Origin: Perna viridis
Lineage: Eukaryota
Length of the DNA stretch: 64,000 nucleotides
Assembly (NCBI GenBank): GCA_037379345.1
Contig: CM074514.1
Span: 1,922,001-1,986,000, forward strand
Reading direction: 5' to 3'
The translations under genes were made by a program, and so were the position numbers. Each line of letters opens with the position of its first letter. The first letter of the stretch is position 1. Positions 12,601 through 24,241 of the stretch are shown here, one piece after another. The notes under the pieces were generated by a model that was not told the origin of the DNA, ran no database searches, and saw only the letters and a program-made list of their open reading frames with translations.

Positions 12601-15600
12601 TTTATGGTCGTCATCATGAACTCTTGGATCGTTATGGTGTATCCATCTGCACCATGAAAACTGATTTATTCAACAGGTCATAGTTTTCCTTTCCTCGTTT
12701 GTCTACCCCGGACTTGACTTTTTATGAGCAACTCGGCGGGTGTTTCTAGAAAAGCAGAGGACGCTTACCCTACCGGTGCACCTGGTCCATGCTCCCAGTT
12801 TTTAGTGGAGTCTGAGTTGCTCATTTGCTTTTGTTACTTTGTATGTATGATTTTAGTTACTTTATGTTCTTTGTTGTGTATGTCTGTTTTCCATGTCTGG
12901 TCTTTGTCCCTGAATTACATTCTTTTGATTACCACTATAACCTTGGTTCCCTTGATTACTCTTTCAATTATGTCAGGAAATTTTCTCCACAGGTCAAAAT
13001 TTTAAGAAAAATATTTGAATTGCTTTTCAGTAGTTTTTAAATGTAAGAACTTCTTGTTTTGCATTACACATACCTGTTAACCTTTTAAAGGCTTTAAGTG
13101 AAATACTCCTTAATTCAAACTTCTTTTAGAAGGATATTTAGCATAGGTAAACTTATTGGAAATATAAATACATAATTGCATTTACAAATTAAACTTACAT
13201 AATTGATTGACTGTTTGTACATTCTAATGCTAATGTAGTTTTACAAATAATTGCTTTTATTTAGTGTCTTAGTGTTAAACTTGTTTGTATCAGTAGCTTG
13301 TCTCTTTTTGCCTTTACCATTTATTTGTTATCTTATTTCAGATCTGTGTTGTTACGATTGTCTTCCCCAATAGTTTTACTGGCTATTCTCTACCAACAGT
13401 TGATAATAACGTCTGGGGAAGCAGCAACTTCAGTGAAGAATTGTGGCAATGATAGGTGGTCAGCTGCAGGGTCTGGACTCAGAGGTGTTGTTAAGGTTTG
13501 TATCCATTTAGAATTATGGGAATGATAGGTTGTCAGCTGTAGGGTCTGGACTCAGAGGTGTTGTTAAGGTTTGCATCTATGTAGAATTATGGGAATGATA
13601 GGTTGTCAGCTGTAGGGTCTGGACTCAGAGGTGTTGTTAAGGTTTGCATCTATGTAGAATTATGGGAATGATAGGTTGTCAGCTGTAGGGTCTGGACTCA
13701 GAGGTGTTGTTAAGGTTTGCATCTATGTAGAATTATGGGAATGATAGGTTGTCAGCTGTAGGGTCTGGACTCAGAGGTGTTGTTAAGGTTTGCATCTATG
13801 TAGAATTATGGGAATGATAGGTTGTCAGCTGTAGGGTCTGGACTCAGAGGTGTTGTTAAGGTTTGCATCTATGTAGAATTATGGGAATGATAGGTTGTCA
13901 GCTGTAGGGTCTGGACTCAGAGGTGTTGTTAAGGTTTGCATCTATGTAGAATTATGGGAATGATAGGTTGTCAGCTGTAGGGTCTGGACTCAGAGGTGTT
14001 GTTATGGTTTGCATCCATGTAGAACTGTGGCAATGATAGGTGGTCAGCTGCAGGATCTGGACTCAGAGGTGTTGTTAAGGTTTGCATCTATGTAGAATTA
14101 TGGGAATGATAGGTTGTCAGCTGTAGGGTCTGGACTCAGAGGTGTTGTTAAGGTTTGCATCTATGTAGAATTATGGGAATGATAGGTTGTCAGCTGTAGG
14201 GTCTGGACTCAGAGGTGTTGTTAAGGTTTGCATCTATGTAGAATTATGGGAATGATAGGTTGTCAGCTGCGGGGTCTAGACTCAGAGGTGTTGTTAAGGT
14301 TTGTATCTGTGTAGAACTGTGGTAGTGATAGGTTGTCAGCTGTAGGGTCTGGACTCAGAGGTGTTGTTAAGGTTTGCATCTATGTAGAATTATGGGAATG
14401 ATAGGTTGTCAGCTGTAGGGTCTGGACTCAGAGGTGTTGTTATGGTTTGCATCCATGTAGAACTGTGGCAATGATAGGTGGTCAGCTGCAGGATCTGGAC
14501 TCAGAGGTGTTGTTAAGGTTTGCATCTATGTAGAATTATGGGAATGATAGGTTGTCAGCTGTAGGGTCTGGACTCAGAGGTGTTGTTAAGGTTTGCATCT
14601 ATGTAGAATTATGGGAATGATAGGTTGTCAGCTGTAGGGTCTGGACTCAGAGGTGTTGTTAAGGTTTGCATCTATGTAGAATTATGGGAATGATAGGTTG
14701 TCAGCTGTAGGGTCTGGACTCAGAGGTGTTGTTAAGGTTTGCATCTATGTAGAATTATGGGAATGATAGGTTGTCAGCTGTAGGGTCTGGACTCAGAGGT
14801 GTTGTTAAGGTTTGCATCTATGTAGAATTATGGGAATGATAGGTTGTCAGCTGTAGGGTCTGGACTCAGAGGTGTTGTTAAGGTTTGCATCTATGTAGAA
14901 TTATGGGAATGATAGGTTGTCAGCTGTAGGGTCTGGACTCAGAGGTGTTGTTATGGTTTGCATCCATGTAGAACTGTGGCAATGATAGGTGGTCAGCTGC
15001 AGGATCTGGACTCAGAGGTGTTGTTAAGGTTTGCATCTATGTAGAATTATGGGAATGATAGGTTGTCAGCTGTAGGGTCTGGACTCAGAGGTGTTGTTAA
15101 GGTTTGCATCTATGTAGAATTATGGGAATGATAGGTTGTCAGCTGTAGGGTCTGGACTCAGAGGTGTTGTTAAGGTTTGCATCTATGTAGAATTATGGGA
15201 ATGATAGGTTGTCAGCTGCGGGGTCTAGACTCAGAGGTGTTGTTAAGGTTTGTATCTGTGTAGAACTGTGGTAGTGATAGGTGGTGAGCTGCAGGATCTG
15301 GACTCAGAGGTGTTGTTATGGTTTGCATCCATGTAGAACTGTGGAATGATAGGTGGTCAGCTGCAGGATCTGGACTCAGAGGTGTTGTTAAGGTTTGTAT
15401 CTATGTAGAACTGTGGCAGTGATAGGTGGTTAGCTGCAGGATCTGGACTCAGAGGTGTTGTTATGATTTGAATCCATGTAGAATTGTGGCAATGATAGGT
15501 GGTCAGCTGCTGGGCCTGGACTTTCTATGCTAGAGGTTGTCTGGCAAGCTTGTTTCTGTGGCATCCAATAGGGTATGGAGGAATGGAATTTCAATTTCTT

Positions 15601-18600
15601 TGCCGTAGGTCTGGACTAAGAGGTGTTGTTAAGGTTTTTGTCAGTGAAGAACTGTGATAATAATGCTAGTAGATGGTCAGCGTCATGATTTTTACATAGG
15701 TTTGAAAATATTATGGTGTATATTTTACTTGTTCGCACTTTAAAATTGCTACTTTAAAATTCATGAATTAGACAGATTTTTCAAAGAGATGAAACACAAA
15801 GATAATCATCTTTGAACAACTGTGTGATGTTAATTGTTCAAAATTGTTAAAATAACTAGATTTTTCAAAGAAGAAACACAAAGATAATCATCTTTGAACA
15901 ACTGTATGATGTTAATTGTTCAAAATTGTGAAAATAACTGTCTTTCATAAATAGTTTCACATCATTTATTTTTGGGCCTTTCACAGCTTGCTTTATTGTA
16001 TGGGTTTTTCCCATCAAAGACTGTATGATGACCTGAAGAAGTTTAATTGTTCTTTGCTTGGCATTTGGTGGTTGACTGTCTCATTGGCAATCATACTACA
16101 TCTCCTATTTTAATATTTATATATAGTTGAATTTAATTTATTCCAAAATTGTTTGTTGTTTAATAAAAACAATTAGAGAAATTTTTCTCAGTATTTTAGA
16201 TGTTGACTACATTCTTCATACTAATACTTATTTTCTTTACATTGACAGTGTTGGGAATCTTACGTTGGACAACAATTATACAAGTTGGTGCTGTTAGATT
16301 TGTTAGTAGAGTGTGGTATCATACTGTTTGGTAACATACCTAGAAGGTAAGGCATTAAGATACCTAGAAGCTATTGTAATAACACACCTAGAAGGTAAGG
16401 CATTAAGATACCTAGAAAATGAGGCATTAATTTACCTAGATTGTAAGGCATTCACATACCTAGAAGGTGAAGCATTAACATACCTGGAAGGGGAGGCATT
16501 AAATATGGTTCAATTGAATCAAAAGCGGCCCCTAGTACTGTAATAAACAGAATACCAGCAGTTTTGAAGTCAAGATAGAATTGTTACAGCGACTCCCATA
16601 GGCCGAGATATTATGTTCTGTCCTGAAACTGTTTATCAGTGACATTACAGTCGATTTGATATTACACTGTCTTAGGAAATTACCGATATGTTTGTGTACC
16701 ACGGTAGTAGCCTTAGATAGAAAATTTCAGGTAATAAGAACAATGAAGAAATGACAAAGTTGTTGATCTTACAAGCAGAGAATCAATGATATGTTTAAAA
16801 CAGAAGTTGGAAACTTTAATTGTTTTAGTTTGATTTTTTTTCTACAAATTTAGGATGCATTATATTTTCACCTGTATAAGTTTTGGTCATAAGTGATATC
16901 AGAATTGGGGTTTTTTATGTCAGGTTATCATTTTCTTATGTCAGAAATAGGATTTTTTATTCAGGCTTTTTTTTTCAATGGATAGTAAAATGTTCCCCAT
17001 GAAAATAGCTGCCAAATGCAACACTATAACTGATAACACTTGACTGGCATTACATAAATATTTTGCCAATACAGGTGGTTATGGCATAGAAAAGAACCCA
17101 AATAGAGAAGTAGCCTAATAAAATATAGGTATATTCTGTGAAGCAAAATAAATGGCATGTATGTGGCATTCTTTACTTAGGCCAAATTGTGTCAGTATTT
17201 TTATTTGTGCAAAAAACATCGGCCTTATCAATCACTGAACAGTTTTGCTGACAGGTACCATAGGGGGACATCTCAAACATGTTATTTGAATGTATTTTTT
17301 TTTCTCTACAGTATAGTATACAGCAAGTTCAAAGATAAATCTAAGTTGGTGAGAATGATTGGTCCTCAGGAGTTTGATCTGACACAAAGTGTTGTTGATA
17401 TAGTATACTCACAAAATATTTGTTGGTAAGTTTGAAAAATAGCATGCATTCTTAAGAAACATGTGTGTGGTTTATCATGATACATTGAAATAAAGAGCAG
17501 TACTAGTCACCCTACTTCAAGGGGTACTTGTAAGGGGTTTAGATATCAAAACAAATTTCAGTTTGTCTTGTCATTTCTTTACAATCAACAGTCTGAAGGG
17601 GTATTACAGTAAGACTATGGTTTAATCATATTGATGTTCCTCATTTTGTTTGTATGTTGTGTACAAGTTATAATTTTGTACTTGTTCTGACATGTACAAA
17701 TTTTGCCTGTACATGTTATAAGGTGTAAAAAATTGCTCGAAAATGATTTCACTGGTACAATATTGAAATGAATCTTTAATATGTGAAGAATTGTCAAATG
17801 AAATAGAAATGGGAATGTGATCAAAATTACCAGTAAGAAATGATAAGTATGAAAGAACTTAATTATAACATTAGAAAAAGACATACACCGATTTCTTCTT
17901 AAACATATTGACTGATTGTAAAAAAAAATACCCTTATGGGTAAACTCTATGATGTTCATTAATTAACAAAAACAGTTTATTTTACTCCAGAGCTCTATTA
18001 AACCCTTTTTGTGAGTGAAATTCTATGATGTGAAGTTAGTATAAAAGAGCTTTCAGGATTAAAATCATTAGTTATGACACAAGTAAGTAAAGATAGAAGT
18101 TGACAGCTAGGATACATTCAACCAATGAACCTTCTGAATCGTACAATGTTGAATCAGAGCCTCCAGAAGTCAACATTCTAGAAGTATTTGGTACGGCATC
18201 TGAGCTGTGTGACAATTGGTATAGACACCGTAAAAGAGGCCTGTCTGAGAGTGGCAATGCATTTCCTTCGATTTTAGTTCCTGCAATAAAGAGAGCTAGA
18301 AGAATAGCATTATCAGGTCAACAACTACAAGTTGACAATTAAGCACAAAAAAAAACAAAGATAACCCTTACTGTCCTTAATATTGGTGATTATGTAAAAT
18401 CTGTCCAAAGATAAGGGTGTAGTCGACGTTAGAAATATAAGAGGTGGTGTACTTGAAATAAATGAACATGGGTCATATAACATAGGGACACAGGTGAGAA
18501 AAATCAAAGGGTTGGTGAGGTGAAACCAGTTTTGACAATATTGAACAAGTTAAAATCATTTTTTGGCAATTTTTTTGTACATGTTATAACTTGTATTTTT

Positions 18601-21448
18601 GGGTTATTCAAGTTATAACATGTACAAAATTACAACTTGTACACAACATACATGTATGAACCTGTGTATACCATGTATCTCTATTACAGGTTGGGATTGA
18701 TGTTTAGTCCCCGTATCTACCTGTGACATGTACTTATTTTACAGGTTAGGAATGATGTTTAGTCCCCTTATTTACCTGTGACATGTGTTTATATTACAGG
18801 TTGGGAATGATGTTTAGTCCCAGTATTTACCTGTGACATGTATTTATTTTACAGGTTGGGAATGATGTTTAGTCCCCTTATTCCATTTATGACTTTCCTG
18901 AAAATTCTGATATTTTTCTATTTCAAAATAGTAAGTAAAATTACTTAGTTTCAATGAATCGTTATCTTTTAAAGTCCAGTACATATGAATTGATATTCCT
19001 TCTGATTTTTAAACAAATATGCAAATTAGGCTGTTACTAAATATAGAATAAATTTTGAAAAGTCTTGATATCATATTGTGACAAAGTCTGGACATTAGAT
19101 CTCGAAAATAAACACCAACAAGACCAAGCTTACCTTCACATAACCTTTTAGACAATTTTTGTCTCACCTGCAGCAAAAGTCATGGAAGGCAAAATTTAGG
19201 TTTTGCTTCTCCGGCAAAGGTGGCAACTGCATCCACAAACTTAACGTTAAGTTTTCTGGCAAGTTCATTTAAACATGAACTCCTTATGCTAGGTCATGAT
19301 ATTTGGTGTACAGATGCATTACCATCATTGCATCACAAATTCTTGCCAATTTTATGCATATACCCCTGCAGCCTTGGTTTATTGACACAGAAAATTCAAT
19401 GTTAAAAGTTTAACATTAAGGATTCTTATAGTTCATGTAGACATTTTTATTTGAATTCCATCCACTGCATGAGTGGAAGGGATTTACAGTGCTCCCTTGC
19501 TATAACACTGCTCTTTAATGGCAGTTCCTCTGATATTGCCATAAATTTCTTAAGTCAGCTTTTCTTGAAGTTAAATAGATTCTATACAATTTATTCCCTT
19601 AGTATATCCCCAACCTCTTATACCGCCACAATTTTGCCTGGTCCAAAAGTTGGCGATATAACGAGGATGCACTGTATTATTTTTTCACTGATTCTTCTTT
19701 TTTTCTTTTTCTTGTTTCTTTGCCTTTACTTTTGTTTGGTCAGGAAACTCAAAGGGAACTTAATTGATCTCAATGAAGCTTGTTCATCCATCTGTCACCT
19801 AGTGCATTTTGTAGTGGTTACACAAAAATGATAATTTTTTAACTTAAAATTTCCTGAAGAGAAAAACACTACTGATGGATAATTTCTCTATAGTTACTTC
19901 ACAGACATTGTTACTTGTAAATTAATAAAGCGGTACCAAATATTCCTTAGTTGAACTTCTCTTATAATTCAAATAAAAATATATTCAAACTTCATTATTA
20001 CAATTCTTATAACTATAAAGTTAAAGGAGATAGCAGTAAAGATTTTTGGGGCATCAATTATGGATTTGACTATAATCATTAAGTAATACATTGTTCATTG
20101 GTGAACTGTTTTAAATAAATTTAAAGGCATGTGATCAGTTTTGCATATCAACGATTCTCATTTCTACTACCATGGTTAATTTTTTTTTCAGTTGTTATTG
20201 AAGTATTGTGAAGCTCAGGAACGTCCATACAGAACATCCAGATCAAACTCATTGTTCATGTTAGTACTTTTATTGGCATTCCTATTTGCTGCAGCACCAA
20301 TTGGCTATATGGTTGGCAAGTAAGTAGATATTATGTATTTTTTACTTTATAGTATACAAACAAGTTAGTGGGAAATAGCTGGGTTATTGTTAATCATAGT
20401 TCTTATAAAATCTGGTTCAGAAAGTAGATGAAAGGTTTGAATTACACTGAGGTGTAAATTTTATTATAATAGGCTCTACATGTGTTTGCTAACCCTGGTT
20501 CACTCCAGAATATCCTGAATTGTTACAAAAAATCTTTGTATACTTGCTTTAATTTGTTAATTTTCTTTATTTAGTATTCGACCTAGCCAGAGTTGTGGTC
20601 CCTTCAGAAACTACTCAGAAAAAGAGCTAAATGTTGTTATGTTTGATACAGTAACCTATACAGTGGCTAACTGGCCAAGTGTTTTGAGGGCTATTGTTAA
20701 CTTCCTGGGTACTGTTGGTTTCTTTGTTCCTGCTATTATACTACTGTGGTGAGTCACAATTTTATAATGTAAAAACAAGAGAAAATGTATAAAATGAAAC
20801 TCATCATGAAAAAACTTTCAACTGCGATGCTTAGATGAGGATATTTATGTATAATATGATCTATAACAAATTTAGAAAATTGTTCAGATAATGTTGTGTT
20901 ATCTTTGATTTAACCTTCTTTAGACAAGTAAAGCAATTATTTTAACAAAATATTACCAGTAATTATGTCCCCTTATTTTAATGTTGATGAACATTTTTAT
21001 TTCTTCATTTTTACATTTTATGATTTAACTTTGATTTTTCAGTTTAGCAATGTATTACTATTGGTTACTAGGACAAGGATATAAAAAGAAAGAAAAGGTA
21101 CTTCAGCATCAACTTAAATTGGTATGTATCAATAGAAAAATTACCTACGAAAGGAATGAAATACTTGTCAATAGACGTTTATGCTCTTTGCACAATCCTT
21201 TTAAGCACTAATCAAGTACCGGTATTGGTATACAAAATTATTTTGTGCTTTAGTTTTGAGATTTTTAAGTCTATTGTTTACTGAAGGAAAGCACAGAGCC
21301 TATCCACTTTGTAAAAAAAGTTAACAACAGAATATGACAATGTTTATTTTAGGAAGGACAGGATAAAAGGTACTTAATGGATAGAGTAATGGAATTTCTT
21401 GACAGTTCAGAAGTTAACCAGAATACAATCAACACAGCTGCCATGTAG
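656..21448 (+). CDS. Transmembrane channel-like protein, TMC7-like, paralog A; 17 exons in window, ~805 codons; true 5' end may lie upstream of the window
   Basis: GT-AG exons joined in frame: 656-806, 1502-1828, 6006-6057, 7571-7652, 7948-8210, 8401-8558, 9030-9174, 10011-10172, 10938-11098, 13342-13495, 16249-16346, 17312-17425, 18855-18930, 20192-20319, 20575-20748, 21043-21121, 21353-21448 (TAG). TMC motifs: LWYSTFKKIEGEYGTAIMTYFKFLKWL, FLQGTGWMERTVLFYGVY, KVFAGWDFCI, CWESYVGQQLYKL, EFDLTQSVVDIVYSQNICWLGMMFSPLIP, PSQSCGPFR, EGQDKRYL. Subfamily is judged from recalled motifs (AGWDFCI, GTGWME). The first exon has an upstream acceptor (phase 1) and an internal ATG at 713. Confidence 0.93.
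2400..2902. repeat. 51-bp minisatellite, ~6 good plus several degenerate copies
   Basis: Unit taactgcacacaatcccccaataacattacctgttagtgtaacaggtgttt, with internal hairpin acctgtta-gtg-taacaggt. Confidence 0.9.
5010..5058. repeat. CT-rich microsatellite
   Basis: ctctccttcctctctctccatcctctctctccctcctctctctcttcct. Confidence 0.8.
6045..6158 (+). repeat. ~32-bp degenerate tandem repeat (x4) of a TMC-A splice donor
   Basis: GT donors recur at 6058, 6090, 6122 and 6153 in units of the type aaaatcatctcag|gtaatttctagatcaactc. Confidence 0.75.
6541..6730 (+). mobile_element. MITE-like element, copy 1
   Basis: tactgtgaaagtactgttgtttgtggagtaccaattttgtggttttc...cagta matches the reverse complement of 10260-10453. 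Confidence 0.55.
10259..10453 (-). mobile_element. MITE-like element, copy 2 (same family as 6541-6730, opposite orientation)
   Basis: Ends ...aaccacaaaaaaatggtatcccataaacaacagtactttcaca and has imperfect terminal inverted repeats. Confidence 0.55.
10600..10900. repeat. 33-bp minisatellite, ~9 copies
   Basis: Unit actttaaactgttcaggagttatagcccctgtt; ends ~40 bp upstream of exon 10938. Confidence 0.95.
11147..12966 (+). mobile_element. 5'-truncated, disrupted Penelope-like retroelement (RT without C-terminal GIY-YIG; likely Naiad-type) in a TMC-A intron
   Basis: PLE RT motifs: YVVVPADKA (DKG box), LYWIPKLHKNPYKQRFIA, TYDFSTLYTSIPH, GIPMGTNCAPLLADLFL, YLDDIL, LYDKRDDFSF, SQLIRYARAC. Open ORF 11730-12683; stops at 11377 and 11610 and a deletion upstream. 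The ORF ends shortly after the thumb region, followed by a ~280 bp 3' tail shared with the copy at 27.1-27.9 kb. Confidence 0.85.
11730..12683 (+). pseudogene. Reverse transcriptase remnant ORF (317 aa) of the Penelope-like element
   Basis: ORF track 11730-12683 carries the RT core motifs. It is the intact 3' part of a longer, disrupted ORF. Confidence 0.85.
13439..15522 (+). repeat. 73-bp tandem array (~28 copies) derived from a TMC-A exon end plus donor
   Basis: Unit = 57 nt exon-derived (aattatgggaatgataggttgtcagctgtagggtctggactcagaggtgttgttaag) + 16 nt gtttgcatctatgtag. The first copy is the coding sequence NCGNDRWSAAGSGLRGVVK. Confidence 0.97.
15773..15940. repeat. ~85-bp direct duplication
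   Basis: agatttttcaaaga...acacaaagataatcatctttgaacaactgt.tgatgttaattgttcaaaattgt.aaaataact occurs twice. Confidence 0.9.
16332..16503 (+). repeat. 24-bp tandem repeat (x7) of a TMC-A splice donor
   Basis: Unit taacatacctagaag|gtaaggcat; the first copy is the true exon end at 16346. Confidence 0.9.
17651..18652 (+). mobile_element. Ginger-like (Ginger2/KRBA2-type integrase) DNA transposon deletion derivative with ~110 bp TIRs
   Basis: The left end tgtatgttgtgtacaagttataattttgtac... is the reverse complement of the right end ...gtacaaaattacaacttgtacacaacataca (TGT...ACA termini). Flanks tgtt/tgta form a near 4-bp TSD. The internal broken frame IKRARRIALSGQQLQ...LNIGDYV...DKGVVDVRNIRGGVLEINEHGSYNIGT...KGLVR*NQF resembles the C-terminal part of KRBA2/Ginger2-type integrases. 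Confidence 0.7.
18660..18882 (+). repeat. 55-bp tandem repeat (x4) of a TMC-A splice acceptor
   Basis: ttacag|gttgggaatgatgtttagtccc begins at 18690, 18745, 18800 and 18855; only the last continues as exon. Confidence 0.93.
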
Positions 21449-23876
21449 TTACCATAGAAACATGAGTAATTCTTCTTCAATACATCAGTGGATAAAGCCA
21501 AAAATGAAACAATAATGTTTGATATATGTCAGATTTGCCGTGCACAACTGGCACCTTCAGTCTAAAGTCTTTCTTCAAAATAGAAAGACTGAAAAGTTGT
21601 GATGAACTTAACCTTTCTATATTAATGTTAATATAATGTGAGTCAACATATAGGCAATTAGTCTGTGTAGAAATTACAATGAAATATCATGTATATTAAA
21701 ATGAAAACAGGGAGAAAAATATCATAACTTCTATACAATATACTCATGTCAATAGAAATCCCATTTTGTACATGTATTACTTACATTTTTAAAATTTATA
21801 CTTTCGTGTTCAGTATATTCTTTGTTAGTACATGTATAGATTTAGTTTATTTCATTGAAGTGTTAAATATTCTATGGGTTAATAATATCAGAATTTAATC
21901 ATAGACTTATGTCCTTTAAGATACTTAAGTAATACATAAAATTGTAATAACTGTTACAATATGAAGTCTGCAGCAGACGATATCTGTGTAAAACTAGCAC
22001 ATCGACGCTAAATAAAAAGGACGCTTGCACAAAAGGGTTACTGATACAATGTAATTTAAATAGTGGTATTCTTATTGCTGCAGGTTAATCACGTCACTAT
22101 TTATAACTGTCATTATGCATAAGCCAATTGCTAGATACTGTGCATTAGACAACTTTCACATTCACTTCCGTTCCCGAAAAGTTCTTCAACTCAGATCAAT
22201 AGGCTTAAGATCATGTGACATTGGGAACAGAAGCTATATTTGGTTACTGCAAAGAACGATACATATATTATCAAAGCATTTCAGATATCATGTGATTGGA
22301 GACGTATTTCTACATTACCATTACTGTTCTTGCATTCTTCAAATCCAATATAGTTTCTCTGCCTATGATAAAGCTGTAAACCTGTTTCCACCAGATTCAA
22401 TGTAATTGGTGAATGTGACAGTCATCTATGAAAACTACTTGTTATAAATTGAGCAAATATTTGGTGCATAATGTATATATTAAGTATATGTAACAAATAT
22501 TGACCCTGATCATATCATGTGCTCTACTTTAGAAGTACTTTTACTCAGGACAATATTTCATAATTGATTTCATAAACTGTAGTAAAGTTAAATTATAATT
22601 ATCCACAGAGTAATAAATAAACAGTGCAACATGTACAAGCAGAAGTTAATAGGCTTTATGTTTGAACTAAATTTGTTCAAAATGCTTAAAAATTTGAATA
22701 CAGGGGACTGTAGGTTGAGGTTTTACTATTACATGTATATACTGTAAATTCGGAAATTATTGTGATGTTTTTTATGCAAAAAATATGACTTGACATTAAA
22801 TCACAATAATCAAAATTCACCTTATGGAATTTTTAATATTATTCATGTTGTTTTCTCATTATCCCAAATTTAAAATATCCAATTTTAACTTCAATGATGA
22901 ATGCAGGCAATAACATCTGATTTTTCATTTAAATATTGAAGATTAGTAATACCATGTGTTTTTCCTTGCTCTAGGTGAATGACAATCAAAATTTACTTAT
23001 ATGTGTTACCTATTGTGTACATGTGCTTCCATTTTTAAAAGTAATTTTAAAAAACACGTGCCAATACCTTGACATTCAGACTATGCAATCAATTTGGTGC
23101 ATTGTTAGATACTGTGAAGTTGGTACATTGATTCTGTGGCATTAGCTCTTTTTTAGCTAATTACATTTCTTGCTGATTGTGAATTGTGAGTTTTTTTGTA
23201 TTTTACTTGATTATATTTTTATTATTATTTCCTAGATACAGGTAAAACTGTTTACTCTTACCCAAAAAAGTAAAATTTTTATACATACTATAATCACAGT
23301 CTGTTCATACAGCTGTCTATCTGTCTGTCATACCATTTGTGTATTTATAATTACCTCGTAAACTCAAATAAAACTGTCCAATAGATTTTAACGATATGGA
23401 GGTTGATTATATTTTGCAGATGTGTAGATGCAAGGGGAGATATTTTTTTTTAGTTGGTATTGTTTTGACAACCCAGTCACATGTTTGTACATATACAATG
23501 AAAAACATTGAAAATGTGTAACTTTCAATATATTGCACATGTATTAGGTCCATACTATTTTTATTTCTGTTTTGTTATTTATGGAAAGTAGTGTCCAATT
23601 TAATCTCTCAACTTTACTCTCTAATGACAATGAATCTCATTGAAATGTGTGATATATGTTTTTTGCCTTACTAGTATGTTCTTTATTGTAGCTCAATTAT
23701 TGTGGTTGGTTGTTATTGTTATATCAGAATAAACAATATTAATAATGTGTAAAAATCAATTCTATGGTGTTTCTGAAATATGATCTGGTATGGAAGTATC
23801 TGTATACATGATGCTGCTAAAAAAGGCAGCAACTATTTGTTATTTTAGTTCTTTATATGTTATTCTCTGTAAGAAT

Positions 23877-24241
23877 CATTGGTGAATCATAGAGGAGAAA
23901 TCTCTGCCATTGGTGAATCATAGAGGAGAAATCTCTGCCATTGGTGAATCATAGAGGAGAAATCTCTGCCATTGGTGAATCATAGAGGAGAAATCTCTGC
24001 CATTGGTGAATCATAGAGGAGAAATCTCTGTCATTGGTGAATCATAGAGGAGAAATCTCTGTCATTGGTGAATCATAGAGGAGAAATCTCTGCCATTGGT
24101 GAATCATAGAGGAGAAATCTCTGCCATTGGTGAATCAGAGGAGAAATCTCTGCCATTGGTGAATCAGAGGAGAAATCTCTGCCATTGGTGAAATCATAGA
24201 GGAGAAATCTCTGCCATTGGTGAATCATAGAGGAGAAATCT
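23877..24241. repeat. 31-bp minisatellite, ~12 near-identical copies
   Basis: Unit cattggtgaatcatagaggagaaatctctgc; no spacers. Confidence 0.97.

Noticed and set aside
12724-13040. ORFs in the PLE 3' tail as a second element gene
   Set aside because: Low-complexity T-rich sequence; the frame is disrupted in the second copy.
23877-24241. 31-bp direct repeats as a CRISPR array or tandem ribozyme
   Set aside because: Units are contiguous with no unique spacers, there are no cas genes, the context is eukaryotic, and there is no CUGANGA core; it is an ordinary minisatellite.
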